This document shows, piece by piece, positions 25,079 to 32,000 of a stretch of DNA of 32,000 nt. The position numbers were made by a program, and so were the translations under genes. A model generated the notes under the pieces. The model was given only the letters and a program-made list of their open reading frames with translations. It did not search any database and had not been told where the DNA came from. Position 1 is the stretch's first letter. Every line of letters starts with the position of its first letter. The stretch comes from Aciduliprofundum boonei T469 (GTDB lineage Archaea > Thermoplasmatota > Thermoplasmata > Thermoplasmatales > Aciduliprofundaceae): positions 570,001-602,000 of the forward strand of contig NC_013926.1 in the NCBI RefSeq assembly GCF_000025665.1, given 5' to 3'.

Positions 25079-26176
25079 GTGGTTGGAACGAAGGGTAATA
25101 GAATTGCGAAGGTATTAGTGCTCTCCTTTGTTCTTTTGATGGTTTTAGGGTATTTTAGTGTGGGAATTGCACAGGCATCTCATAGTAATGCTATAAATGA
25201 GAACTTAAAGATTAAAGATTATACCTCGCATTCTCCGATTAGAATAAACAGCAATTCCGATTTTACATCGGATAATGGTGTGGTTTCAGGAAGTGGAACG
25301 AAGGATGATCCTTACATAATTTCTGGATGGGATATTGATGCGCATGGGGCAGGAACTGCGATTTATATTGGAAATACCACGGCTTATTTTGTGGTTAAGA
25401 ACTGCAATTTACACAATACATCGTATCATTCCTCTGATTATGAGGAGGGCTCAGGCATTATGCTTTACAATGTGATTAACGGGATAATCGTAGATGACAC
25501 GATTTACGATAATTATGATAACAGTATATACTTGGATTCTTCTTCGGATAATGAGATACTCAATAACATAATTCATAGCAATAGCTATGATGGAATTGAT
25601 GCAGAGCATTCTTCCAGCAATACCATAACCAACAACTCGATTTATCAGGTGCAGGGAGAAGGTATTGCGCTTTGGTATTCATCTCAAAATGCTCTGAGTA
25701 GCAACTCAATTTACAACAATAGTGGAGATGGTGTTGATCTTGAATATTCATCAAACAACTCTATGAAATACAATATATTTTCTAATAACAGTGGATATGG
25801 AGTGTATATAGATACTGGTAGCAACAATAATTTGGCTTATGCGAACTCTTTCTACTATAATGCCAACTCTGGAGATGCATATAATTCCTGGTTTATTCAA
25901 GCGTATGATAATGGAACAGATAATCACTGGAACTCCACCGATGGAGTTGGCAATTACTGGTACGATTGGGCAAATAATAACGATACGAATGATGCCAATA
26001 ATGATGGAATAGTAGACTGGCCATATAAACTGGCTGGTGATGTTGGAGCCGAAGATTATTATCCTCTAAAAACACCTTATAGTGCTCCAGTTCCTGAGTT
26101 CTCTTCAGGACTATGGATAATAGTAATTGCACTCGTTGCCATGCTTGGAATGGTAAGATTACATAATAAACATTGA
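25079..26176 (+). CDS. Secreted right-handed parallel beta-helix (PbH1/NosD-like) repeat protein with a PEF-CTERM-like sorting tail
   Basis: The signal peptide is ..KGNRIAKVLVLSFVLLMVLGYFSVGIAQA. There are at least 7 tandem repeats of about 22 aa, of the type N-x-I-x-x-N-x-x-x-G-I (for example NNIIHSNSYDGIDAEHSS and NSIYNNSGDGVDLEYSS). The C-terminus is PVPEF-SSGLWIIVIALVAMLGMV-RLHNKH. The start is uncertain: the GTG at 25079 fits a TATA box centred at about 25050, while the track uses the TTG at 25067. Confidence 0.8.
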   Translation: MVGTKGNRIAKVLVLSFVLLMVLGYFSVGIAQASHSNAINENLKIKDYTSHSPIRINSNSDFTSDNGVVSGSGTKDDPYIISGWDIDAHGAGTAIYIGNTTAYFVVKNCNLHNTSYHSSDYEEGSGIMLYNVINGIIVDDTIYDNYDNSIYLDSSSDNEILNNIIHSNSYDGIDAEHSSSNTITNNSIYQVQGEGIALWYSSQNALSSNSIYNNSGDGVDLEYSSNNSMKYNIFSNNSGYGVYIDTGSNNNLAYANSFYYNANSGDAYNSWFIQAYDNGTDNHWNSTDGVGNYWYDWANNNDTNDANNDGIVDWPYKLAGDVGAEDYYPLKTPYSAPVPEFSSGLWIIVIALVAMLGMVRLHNKH

Positions 26177-26291
26177 TTTTTATCTTATTTCCATTTTTGA
26201 ATTTAGGATTGAGTGAGATAGATGCATGGGGATTATCCTTATATAGTGATTCTGTGTTTATAGAATTGCTAAACATTTGAAGGTGAATGAT

Positions 26292-27884
26292 ATGAATCTG
26301 AAGGATATAAATTTTGAAGAGCTCAGTCCGTTTGAATTCAAGGATATACTTATAAAGCTGGCGAGCAGGAAATCGGAGAAGATGATGCTCAATGCAGGCC
26401 GTGGGAATCCGAATTTTGTATCGTTAATTCCCAGATACGGGTTCTTGCAGTTGGGAAGATTTGCTCTAAGCGAGGCTGAGAGGCATTATGGGTACATGGA
26501 CGATTTGATTGGAGGCCATAGCGATAGGGATGGGATAGAGGCCAGGTTTGAGATATTTGTTAGAAGCAACTGGGATGCTAAAGGTGTAAAGTTTCTCAAT
26601 GCAGCAGTAAGCTATGTAAAAGACCATCTTGGGTTCTCTGCTGGAGATTTCTTGCATGAGATGGTTCAGGGCTATCTTGGATGTGAGTATCCTTCACCGG
26701 TTAGAATGCTGAAGATGGGGGAGAAAATTGTTGTGCGCTATCTCCTTAGAGAAATGGGCGCTGGACATGACCTTCTTGGAGAAACGCAGCTGTTTGCGGT
26801 GGAAGGAGGTACTGCTGCCATGGCTTATCTTTTTGAATCGCTCAAGGCAAATTATATACTTGAAGAGGGAGATAAGATTGCTCTTGCAGTACCCATTTTC
26901 ACGCCTTACATAGAGATTCCACGCCTTGACACTTACAGACTTGTGGAGATAGAGATAGTGGCAGATCCTGAGCAAGGATATCAAATTCCTGATGAAGAAC
27001 TGGAAAAGCTTTTGGATCCTGATATAAAGGCATTCTTCCTAGTCAATCCGGGCAATCCCACATCGGTGAAACTCAACGATAGCACATTGAAGAAAATAAA
27101 AGAGATAATAAAGAAGAGAAAGAATTTGGTAATAATTACGGATGATGTTTATGCAACCTTCGCAGATGATTTCAAATCTATATATGCTGTATGCCCTCAC
27201 AACACTATTCTCGTTTACTCCTTTTCCAAGTACTTTGGTGCTACAGGCTGGCGTCTTGGAGTGATAGCTTTGCACGAGAGAAATGTGGTAGATCGGCTTA
27301 TTAGAAAACTGCCGGAAGATTTGCAGAAAGAGTTGGAAGAAAGGTACTCTTCTGTAACTGTAAATCCCAGAAAGTTGAAGTTCATAGATAGACTTGTGGC
27401 AGATAGCAGAAATGTGGCTTTGAGACATACAGCAGGACTTTCTACCCCTCAGCAGGTGCAGATGGTTCTATTTGCACTATATGCACTTATGGATGAGCAG
27501 AACAGGTATAAAGAGGCGGTGAAGAGAATAATGAGACGCAGATACAAAGCTCTCTATAGAGGATTAGGAATAGAGCAGCCTATAGATCCTAACAATGTGT
27601 ATTATTACACACTCATAGATACCGAAGCTCTGGCAGAGCAAATTTATGGCAGAGAGTTTGCAGATTGGTTTTTGAAGACATTGCCATACAGCGAGTTCGT
27701 AGTGCGTCTTGCTGAAGAGGCCCATGTGGTGCTACTTCCCGGGAAGGGCTTTGATGTCAAGCATCCTTCAGCGAGAGTCTCTCTGGCGAATTTGCGTGAG
27801 GTAGATTATCTCAAGATTGGGCAGACCATTCGCAAGCTGCTGGACTCATACTACAAAGAGTTCGTAAAATCGAAAAAGAAGTAA
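26292..27884 (+). CDS. asdA: L-aspartate 4-decarboxylase (aspartate beta-decarboxylase, PLP fold-type I)
   Basis: Long segments near-identical in pattern to bacterial AsdA are present: LSPFEFKD..MLNAGRGNPNF, AVEGGTAAMAYLFESLK, PIFTPYIEIP, VYSFSKYFGATGWRLGV (PLP Lys) and KFIDRLVADSRNVALRHTAGLSTPQQVQM. The size is about 530 aa. I placed the start at the ATG at 26292, which has AAGGTGA 5 nt upstream. Confidence 0.85.
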   Translation: MNLKDINFEELSPFEFKDILIKLASRKSEKMMLNAGRGNPNFVSLIPRYGFLQLGRFALSEAERHYGYMDDLIGGHSDRDGIEARFEIFVRSNWDAKGVKFLNAAVSYVKDHLGFSAGDFLHEMVQGYLGCEYPSPVRMLKMGEKIVVRYLLREMGAGHDLLGETQLFAVEGGTAAMAYLFESLKANYILEEGDKIALAVPIFTPYIEIPRLDTYRLVEIEIVADPEQGYQIPDEELEKLLDPDIKAFFLVNPGNPTSVKLNDSTLKKIKEIIKKRKNLVIITDDVYATFADDFKSIYAVCPHNTILVYSFSKYFGATGWRLGVIALHERNVVDRLIRKLPEDLQKELEERYSSVTVNPRKLKFIDRLVADSRNVALRHTAGLSTPQQVQMVLFALYALMDEQNRYKEAVKRIMRRRYKALYRGLGIEQPIDPNNVYYYTLIDTEALAEQIYGREFADWFLKTLPYSEFVVRLAEEAHVVLLPGKGFDVKHPSARVSLANLREVDYLKIGQTIRKLLDSYYKEFVKSKKK

Positions 27885-28040
27885 TGTAGAAAGGCAAAGG
27901 GTTATAAAACTAATCTTTGGCGAAGTCTCTATCGTATGATTTTTCTATTTTTATAAAATTGATTTTAATGCTAATTTTATCACGCTTCTTCCCTCTAAAA
28001 TCTCAAAAAGAATTAAATAACACTGAGGGATTGAGAAGCT

Positions 28041-29834
28041 ATGAAATATGTTCCAGATACAAGTGTGATTGTGGACGGTAGGTTTGTGGATTTTCTCAAT
28101 ATAGAGGAGGTTGAAGAGGTAATCATACCTGAAGCAATAATTGGGGAAGTGGAGCATCAGGCTAATTCCGGCTTATCCATAGGATTTTCAGGATTGAGTG
28201 AATTGCGCAGAATTAGGGAGATTTGCGAGAAGAGAGGTATAAAACTTACATTTTGCGGCTCAAGGCCTGAAGAATGGCAGATTCGCCGTGCCAAGGCTGG
28301 AGAGATTGACAATATGATTCGAGAGTGTGCAGCCCAAAATGGAGCCATCCTTGTAACGGGCGACTATGTGCAGAAGAGCATAGCCGAGGTGAAGGGCATA
28401 CCCGCAATATATCTGGAAGCGAAGAAAGAGATAAGGATGCGCATTGAAGATTTCTTTGAGCCAGATATTATGAGCGTACACATCAAGGCAGGGGTGGGGG
28501 TTTTTGCCAAGCGCGGCAAGCCCGGTGAGTTCAAGCTTGAAAGGATAAGAGAGGCCATAACTCCTCAAGAAGTGGAAGAGATCGCCTACGACATAGTTGA
28601 GCGTGCTAGGAGAGATGATAAATCGTTCATAGAGATGGATATGAAAGGTGCCACTGTTGTGCAGTTGAGAGAGTACCGTATAGCCATAACCCGGCCACCT
28701 TTTTCAGATGCTATGGAGATAACAGCAGTCAGGCCCATTGTGAAGTTGAGATTGGAGGATTACAATATAAGCAAGAAGCTCAGAAGGAGAATAGAAGAAA
28801 AAGCTGAGGGCATATTGGTCTCTGGCTCTCCAGGAGCTGGAAAGAGCACATTTGTGCAGGCAATTGCCGAGTACTATGCCTCGCTAAACAAGATTGTGAA
28901 AACTATGGAGAAGCCCAGGGATTTGATTCTTGAGGATATAATCACTCAGTACACTTCTTTGGAAGGGAGTATGGAGAAAACTGGAGATATTTTGCTCCTC
29001 GTTCGTCCAGATTACACGATATTTGATGAGATGCGCACCACCAATGATTTCAAGGTATTCACAGATTTGCGTCTGGCGGGAGTGGGCATGGTTGGAGTAG
29101 TCCACGCAACAAGAGCCATAGATGCCATGCAGCGCTTCATCGGTCGTGTGGAACTTGGAGTAATACCTCAAATTGTGGATACTATCATTCATATAGAGAA
29201 GGGAGATATAAAGCAAGTTCTCACGCTTCGCTATACAGTCAAAGTTCCCTCAGGAATGCATGAAGAGGATCTCGCTAGACCTGTCATAGAAGTTAGAGAT
29301 TTAGAAAGCGAAAGCTTGCTCTACGAAGTGTACTCCTTCGGTGAGCAGATTGTGGTCGTACCCGTTAGCGAAGAAGAGAAAAGCGTTTACAAGTGGGCAG
29401 CTAAAGGACTTGAGGATGAGCTCCGCAAGCTTTTCCCTGGATTGAGGGTGAAGGTCAAGGTAGTGAGTGAGAATCGTGCAATACTCTATGTACCACCATC
29501 AGCCATATCTTCTGTCATAGGCAAGAAGGGCAAGAGAATAGCGGATGTGGAGAGCTTAGTTGGCATGTCTCTGGATGTTGAGCCGCTGGGCAGAGAAAGA
29601 GTAAGGGAAGAGAGAATAGAGGTTGAGGTAGAGATGAAAAAGAAGACTATTCGGCTGCATGTGGGCGAGCATCTTGCACATCGGAAAGTATCTGTGTTCG
29701 CCGACACGCAGAGATTGTTCGATGTAACCGTATCCTCTCAGGGTTTTATAAATCTCAGAAAGAGCACAGCTAACGGAAAGAAAGTGATAAATGCTCTGAA
29801 AAACGGTGAGAGAATATATGTCATTCCTCTATAG
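28041..29834 (+). CDS. PIN-domain / PilT-like ATPase / KH-domain protein (conserved archaeal ATPase)
   Basis: The N-terminal PIN domain is MKYVPDTSVIVDG..LVTGDYVQ. The Walker A motif is ILVSGSPGAGKST, and the Walker B-like motif is YTIFDEMR. The C-terminal KH domain has a GxxG loop (VIGKKGKRIADVE). A TATA-like box is centred about 26 nt upstream. Confidence 0.85.
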   Translation: MKYVPDTSVIVDGRFVDFLNIEEVEEVIIPEAIIGEVEHQANSGLSIGFSGLSELRRIREICEKRGIKLTFCGSRPEEWQIRRAKAGEIDNMIRECAAQNGAILVTGDYVQKSIAEVKGIPAIYLEAKKEIRMRIEDFFEPDIMSVHIKAGVGVFAKRGKPGEFKLERIREAITPQEVEEIAYDIVERARRDDKSFIEMDMKGATVVQLREYRIAITRPPFSDAMEITAVRPIVKLRLEDYNISKKLRRRIEEKAEGILVSGSPGAGKSTFVQAIAEYYASLNKIVKTMEKPRDLILEDIITQYTSLEGSMEKTGDILLLVRPDYTIFDEMRTTNDFKVFTDLRLAGVGMVGVVHATRAIDAMQRFIGRVELGVIPQIVDTIIHIEKGDIKQVLTLRYTVKVPSGMHEEDLARPVIEVRDLESESLLYEVYSFGEQIVVVPVSEEEKSVYKWAAKGLEDELRKLFPGLRVKVKVVSENRAILYVPPSAISSVIGKKGKRIADVESLVGMSLDVEPLGRERVREERIEVEVEMKKKTIRLHVGEHLAHRKVSVFADTQRLFDVTVSSQGFINLRKSTANGKKVINALKNGERIYVIPL

Positions 29835-30330
29835 CCTCGAGCACGAGTTCTAAATACGATTTCCTTATAAAATCCCTGAGCCCTAGCTCTTTAGCAAATC
29901 TCATGACTTTCTCTCTGCACGGCTCATATTCACCTATGCATTCCACTTCTACAAAATCCCCAAGCTCGGGCAAATTATCCACGGCTATGTTTAGCTCTCC
30001 AACCTTGTAGTACCTTCTTCTCTTCACAACCTTTGCAACTGGCTTGAATCCTAGGGAGATTAAAAGGTTTCGAGCTTTATTCAAATCATCGATTTTCAAA
30101 TTAATCTCTTCCCGACTCTTTGTGTCTCTATCCACTCTCGGACCCTTATAAGTCATAGTATAATCGTTCCTGATGCGAAGAGCCTTATCTGTCTGCGCAA
30201 AATCCCGGCATGGATGGTTAAAATACTCATCCTCTTCAATTACCTCTCTTACAAACTCCGCATTCAAACTTTTCAATTTTTTCTCAAACTCTTCCCTGTT
30301 TTCAATCCTGGCCTTTATTTCCACTTCCAT
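29821..30330 (-). CDS. CYTH-domain protein (triphosphate tunnel metalloenzyme / CyaB-like class IV adenylate cyclase family)
   Basis: The N-terminal ExExK signature is MEVEIKARI. The length of 169 aa and the charged beta-strand pattern (ALRIRN.., EINLKIDD, GDFVEVE) are typical of CYTH. Confidence 0.85.
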   Translation of the reverse strand: MEVEIKARIENREEFEKKLKSLNAEFVREVIEEDEYFNHPCRDFAQTDKALRIRNDYTMTYKGPRVDRDTKSREEINLKIDDLNKARNLLISLGFKPVAKVVKRRRYYKVGELNIAVDNLPELGDFVEVECIGEYEPCREKVMRFAKELGLRDFIRKSYLELVLEAIEE

Positions 30331-30505
30331 CTTTCTTACCCCTTAACTCTTTTAGCCATCTCTCATAATCTTCCTCGTCGATCTCCACGATAAGCGAGCC
30401 TATATATCCACAATTTTCGCATTTGTACTTCTCCCCAGTCACCATACCTGCAACATAATGGATATGCGTACTTCCGCAAACTGGGCATATTTTTATCTTT
30501 GCCAC
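30302..30505 (-). CDS. Small zinc-ribbon protein (67 aa)
   Basis: The Cys pairs are CPVCG..(x21)..CENCG. The only possible start upstream of the first Cys pair is the GTG at 30505. The 3' end overlaps the CYTH start by 29 nt. Confidence 0.55.
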   Translation of the reverse strand: MAKIKICPVCGSTHIHYVAGMVTGEKYKCENCGYIGSLIVEIDEEDYERWLKELRGKKDGSGNKGQD

Positions 30506-30521
30506 ATAACTGGAGGGGCTT

Positions 30522-31043
30522 TTAAGAAGATATACTTTTCTCTCTTCTCTCCATTGCCCTCTTTATGGCCTCTTTTGCCTCTTCGGCACCTCGAAATCCC
30601 ACAATTTTCACCCACTTGTTCTTTTCCAATTCCTTGTAATGCTCGAAGAAATGCTTAATCTGCTCAAGCACGCTGCTTTGCACATCTCTGATGTCCTCAA
30701 TACCTTCATTTCTCGGGTCCACGGTGGGGTGAGGCACTGCGATGATTTTTCTGTCTGGGCCGTGCTCATCTTCAGTGACAAGCATGCCGATTGGTATCGC
30801 TCTGACTAAAACGCCGTGTGGGAAAGAATCATAAGATATTACAAGGCAATCTATGGGGTCGTTATCCTCCTCCATAGTCTCTGGAATGAACCCATAGTTG
30901 AAAGGGTAGAACGATGCTGTATGTAAAACTCTATCCACCTTAATGACATTCATCTCAAAATCGTACTCACATTTTATATTGCTCCCCTTCGGTACTTCGA
31001 TGAACACATAAATGTCCTCCGGGGGATTTTCTCCTGCTTTCAT
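30522..31043 (-). CDS. ppa: Inorganic pyrophosphatase, family I
   Basis: The 173-aa ORF contains EVPKGSNIKCEYD, YPFNYGFIPETMEEDNDPIDCLVI, DEHGPDRKIIAVP and FFEHYKELE, which are canonical soluble PPase motifs. Confidence 0.93.
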   Translation of the reverse strand: MKAGENPPEDIYVFIEVPKGSNIKCEYDFEMNVIKVDRVLHTASFYPFNYGFIPETMEEDNDPIDCLVISYDSFPHGVLVRAIPIGMLVTEDEHGPDRKIIAVPHPTVDPRNEGIEDIRDVQSSVLEQIKHFFEHYKELEKNKWVKIVGFRGAEEAKEAIKRAMERREKSISS

Positions 31044-31058
31044 ATAGAGTGATAGGAA

Positions 31059-31589
31059 TTATTCTATTTTATCTTTCACATTCTCGGGAAGGTAATCCTT
31101 GTTTCCAGTTTCTAAGTATTTGATTAGATTATCGGGTATTACCAGTGTTAATTTCTGTCTTCTTGGAATTATGATGCCCAGCACTATGTACCTGTCTGGA
31201 GGTATGTTCATACTGTATATTCTGAACATCTGAGGCCGAGTTATGACTATGAAATACGGAATCCATAGAGCAATGAATATTGATGCAAAAACTATGGTCT
31301 CTTTGCTTGGATTTTGCACTATGGTTGCTATTGCTAGACCCACTGATAATATCACTACCGTCGAGATGAGATATAGAAATTTATAATTTCGAAACACTAT
31401 GGAAGCACGCACAGTTCTCACTATGAAAAATGCAAGAAATACTATTACTGGAGTCATTATCCAGTCAGTGCCTACTCTCTCTGGACAGCATTGCATATCG
31501 TTGTAAATTGCAATAAGCATGAAAGCGAGGGTTATTATAGCCACAAATAATATTTCTTCTGCAAGACCCTTCTTTGTGTGATCCAGCAT
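31059..31589 (-). CDS. Integral membrane protein, unknown function (about 4-5 TM helices plus a C-terminal soluble tail)
   Basis: Hydrophobic helices are evident (ILFVAIITLAFMLIAIY, IMTPVIVFLAFFIV, LISTVVILSVGLAIATIV, IVFASIFIALWIPYFIVI). I prefer the ATG at 31589 over the track's TTG at 31610, but both have a TATA-like box at the right distance. The gene ends 15 nt before the ppa start. Confidence 0.6.
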   Translation of the reverse strand: MLDHTKKGLAEEILFVAIITLAFMLIAIYNDMQCCPERVGTDWIMTPVIVFLAFFIVRTVRASIVFRNYKFLYLISTVVILSVGLAIATIVQNPSKETIVFASIFIALWIPYFIVITRPQMFRIYSMNIPPDRYIVLGIIIPRRQKLTLVIPDNLIKYLETGNKDYLPENVKDKIE

Positions 31590-31682
31590 CAAGGTATATA
31601 AGGAAATCAAGTATAATATTTTGGTCGTTAATTATTTATACTAAGATTCTGATGAAAGCAATTAAACTAAGGAGGCAGAGAG

Positions 31683-32000
31683 ATGATCGAGTTAAGAGTG
31701 CCGCCTAAACTGTTCCGAATTTTATCGTTTTACAAAGAGGACGAGTTTAATAGATTCTTGCACGAAAAATTGGTGGAATACAGAAGATATTTTGAATGGA
31801 ATAATAGAGAGGCCTTGCTCAAGAGAAAAAAGGAACTGGAAGAGAAGATAAAGAGGATGAAGGAAGAGCTTGAAGAATTAGAAGAGTTCTGCAAGGTTGC
31901 GGAGAAAGAGCAGAAAATGATGGAACGATGGATAGATGATATCGAGTATGAAAATCAAAATTTGATGAAGGAGTTGAGGAAAAATGGAGATTTTGTTAAA
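31683..32000 (+). CDS. Hypothetical coiled-coil protein, N-terminal part (runs off the right edge)
   Basis: This ORF is absent from the track because it is open-ended. The ATG at 31683 is preceded by AAGGAGG 7 nt upstream. The product is MIELRVPPKLFRILSFYKEDEF..KRKKELEEKIKRMKEELEELEEF.., a heptad-rich, charged sequence with no stop codon for 106 codons. Confidence 0.6.
   Translation, partial: MIELRVPPKLFRILSFYKEDEFNRFLHEKLVEYRRYFEWNNREALLKRKKELEEKIKRMKEELEELEEFCKVAEKEQKMMERWIDDIEYENQNLMKELRKNGDFVK

Noticed and set aside
25300-25900. A periodic DNA pattern of about 66 nt in the beta-helix gene that could be mistaken for a tandem repeat or CRISPR-like array.
   Set aside because: The periodicity is at the protein level (PbH1 repeats of about 22 aa) with divergent nucleotide sequence. 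There are no identical direct repeats or unique spacers.
25893-26276. A 127-aa minus-strand ORF spanning the 3' end of the beta-helix gene and the downstream spacer.
   Set aside because: It mostly overlaps the well-supported repeat protein, including its PEF-CTERM tail. The translation is rich in His/Tyr/Leu with no features. It arises from AT-rich Asn/Asp codons read in reverse.
27039-27428. A 129-aa minus-strand ORF antisense to asdA, plus 26694-26984 and 26466-26657.
   Set aside because: They lie inside the most conserved blocks of asdA, so they are shadow frames.
28041-28450. The PIN domain as a VapC-type toxin or defence nuclease.
   Set aside because: It is fused to a P-loop ATPase and a KH domain in a large conserved archaeal protein. 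There is no adjacent antitoxin-sized gene and no defence-island context.
31649-31655. A CTGATGA motif in the 31611-31682 spacer that could be a C box.
   Set aside because: There is no downstream CUGA D box before the ORF at 31683, and no flanking complementarity.
1-32000. A search by eye for tRNA or rRNA genes, CRISPR repeats, transposases, integrases, inverted terminal repeats and prophage genes.
   Set aside because: I found none. Apart from the sRNA, every gap is 140 nt or shorter and AT-rich, and gene content is housekeeping throughout. I cannot exclude very short or degenerate elements without computational scans.

Overview
This is a compact, AT-rich archaeal chromosome segment. TFB, the PolD small subunit, diphthine synthase, archaeal-type pantoate kinase, a split GMP synthase and a box C/D sRNA all indicate Archaea, probably a thermophilic euryarchaeon; the exact taxon cannot be determined from this window. 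About 40 tightly packed genes lie on both strands, and almost all are core metabolism or information processing. They include ftsZ (5' part, cut by the left edge), cupin-type PGI, dphB, udp, an Ldh2-family dehydrogenase, queF, a MOFRL glycerate kinase, tfb, the guaA GATase subunit, a short corA, pgk, a tandem USP, an ArsB/NhaD-type permease, an amidohydrolase, PolD DP1, pantoate kinase, coaBC, an MFS transporter with an alpha/beta hydrolase, class II lysS, aspartate 4-decarboxylase, a PIN-ATPase-KH protein, a CYTH enzyme and ppa. I saw no CRISPR array, tRNA or rRNA gene, transposase or integrase, or recognisable defence island. I did not find a convincing novel multi-gene system; this looks like an ordinary core region with several points worth a second look. 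(1) An unannotated dual-guide box C/D sRNA lies at 4493-4549, and its D guide is antisense to the universally conserved 16S decoding-centre sequence, predicting 2'-O-methylation of the C1402 equivalent. (2) A minus-strand cluster encodes a membrane protein, pyrophosphatase, a zinc-ribbon miniprotein and a CYTH enzyme. (3) An uncharacterised 200-aa gene is translationally coupled to a class II (bacterial-type) lysS. (4) A beta-helix surface protein carries a PEF-CTERM-like sorting tail, and a sequon-rich orphan surface protein lies next to a PadR/DUF1700 pair. (5) queF and asdA are typically bacterial genes sitting in an archaeal context. (6) Two sub-60-aa candidate ORFs are missed by the ORF track. 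(7) TATA-like boxes lie about 25 nt upstream of most start codons, indicating leaderless transcripts, and I used this to refine several starts. All functional calls come from motif recognition by eye; no database search was run.
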